A DNA stretch of 42,671 nucleotides from an uncultured candidate division WWE3 bacterium. Lineage in GTDB: Bacteria; Patescibacteriota; WWE3; UBA101185; UBA10185. The notes under the pieces are model-generated. The model was given only the letters and a program-made list of their open reading frames with translations. It had not been told where the DNA came from and ran no database searches. The stretch lies in the NCBI GenBank assembly GCA_965603395.1, contig CBFDCV010000002.1, positions 1 to 42,671 of the forward strand, given 5' to 3'. This document shows, in pieces, positions 42,284 through 42,671 of this stretch. The position numbers were made by a program, and so were the translations under genes. Positions within the stretch are counted from its first letter, which is position 1, and each line of letters begins with the position of its first letter.

Positions 42284-42671
42284 GTATTTCTCCTTCCAGT
42301 ACAGCCCTAACGAGCTCAAAGTTCGTGTCTGATGATCTTACTACTTTGCCCAAGTTGTTTGATATAGAATTTTTAACAACATTTTTTTCAGATTCCAACT
42401 TATCATAAGTTTTTAACAATTTATCAGCGCTTAAGTTCTCATAGTTGATGATGTACTCATTAATATCAAAAGGATCAACAAGCTCATGGTACTTATGGCC
42501 CCAGCTAATAGCTATTGTAGGTACTTCTTTTGATAAAGACGAGACAATCGAATGGAATCGGCAGCCAATAAAGATACTTCCTAAACCAATAACCTCTCTT
42601 AATACAAGTGAGTTATCTTGGTGGGGCAGCATCCAAACTCCCGCGTCTTTATACGTAGAGTTCTCGTAAAG
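42276..42671 (-). CDS. polysaccharide pyruvyl transferase family protein (5' end outside window)
   Basis: The frame stays open to the window edge (LYENSTYKDAGVW precedes the track Met). IGLGSIFIGCRFHSIVSSLSKEVPTIAISWGHKYHEL resembles the conserved C-terminal core of the PS_pyruv_trans family. Confidence 0.6.
   Translation of the reverse strand, partial: LYENSTYKDAGVWMLPHQDNSLVLREVIGLGSIFIGCRFHSIVSSLSKEVPTIAISWGHKYHELVDPFDINEYIINYENLSADKLLKTYDKLESEKNVVKNSISNNLGKVVRSSDTNFELVRAVLEGEIHE

Noticed and set aside
42284-42319. Upstream start of the FrhB-like gene
   Set aside because: It would overlap the pyruvyl transferase gene by 44 nt. The internal ATG 42283 has GGAAGGAG at ideal spacing.
54-42669. 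Remaining short antisense or overlapping ORFs in the track (e.g. 54..293, 8003..8209, 10305..10514, 12405..12641, 12751..12936, 12987..13220, 13926..14273, 14441..14656, 16092..16328, 16912..17292, 17324..17578, 19337..19564, 19618..19827, 20700..20915, 21581..21772, 21853..22047, 23045..23236, 23991..24239, 24457..24729, 24747..24944, 25588..25785, 26974..27757, 28096..28347, 29217..29489, 30776..31081, 31574..31771, 34140..34343, 34839..35557, 38656..38850, 40308..40514, 41415..41603, 42041..42408, 42445..42669)
   Set aside because: Each lies wholly or mostly inside a better-supported gene on the other strand or in another frame. Their products are low in complexity or Leu/Ser/Phe-rich, as expected from AT-rich antisense translation.
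1-42671. CRISPR arrays, transposases, integrases, phage genes, toxin-antitoxin pairs or known defence systems
   Set aside because: I found no repeat-spacer periodicity, no DDE, tyrosine or serine recombinase motifs and no recognisable defence-gene signatures. Suggestions of horizontal transfer therefore rest only on composition and the tRNA-end repeat.

Overview
AT-rich, tightly packed bacterial window. Short genes, many overlapping start and stop codons and the gene content suggest a small-genome, fermentative, uncultivated lineage (CPR/Patescibacteria-like; this is inference only). I support about 50 protein genes and two tRNA-Pro genes. I saw no rRNA, CRISPR array, transposase or integrase.

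Layout:
- 1-24.9 kb holds housekeeping and envelope genes: an NrtR-like Nudix regulator, truB, uppS, a ROK kinase, tgt, a DnaQ-like exonuclease, ThpR, YjbQ, a Memo-AMMECR1 fusion, a PilB-like ATPase, a matrixin protease and several GT-C-like membrane proteins. It also carries an NpmA/KamB-like 16S rRNA m1A1408 methyltransferase and a CarS/DUF46-like gene.
- 24.97-33.96 kb is an energy module, and the most unusual part of the window. An ADP-forming acetyl-CoA synthetase with an extra C-terminal FNR-type FAD/NAD(P) domain is translationally coupled to a two-subunit 2-oxoacid:ferredoxin oxidoreductase and a small ferredoxin. Next come an uncharacterised protein with a HypC-like segment, a maturation protease, a stripped-down two-subunit [NiFe] hydrogenase and hypC.
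- 34.0-42.7 kb is a very AT-rich glycan cluster: a nucleotidyltransferase-APS-kinase fusion, a truncated UDP-glucose-dehydrogenase-like gene, two giant membrane proteins, a Wzx-like flippase, an FrhB-like protein and a pyruvyl transferase.

A recurring TATAAT-like box sits 6-8 nt before SD-less start codons, which suggests widespread leaderless transcription. All family assignments come from motif recognition by eye, and no database search was run.
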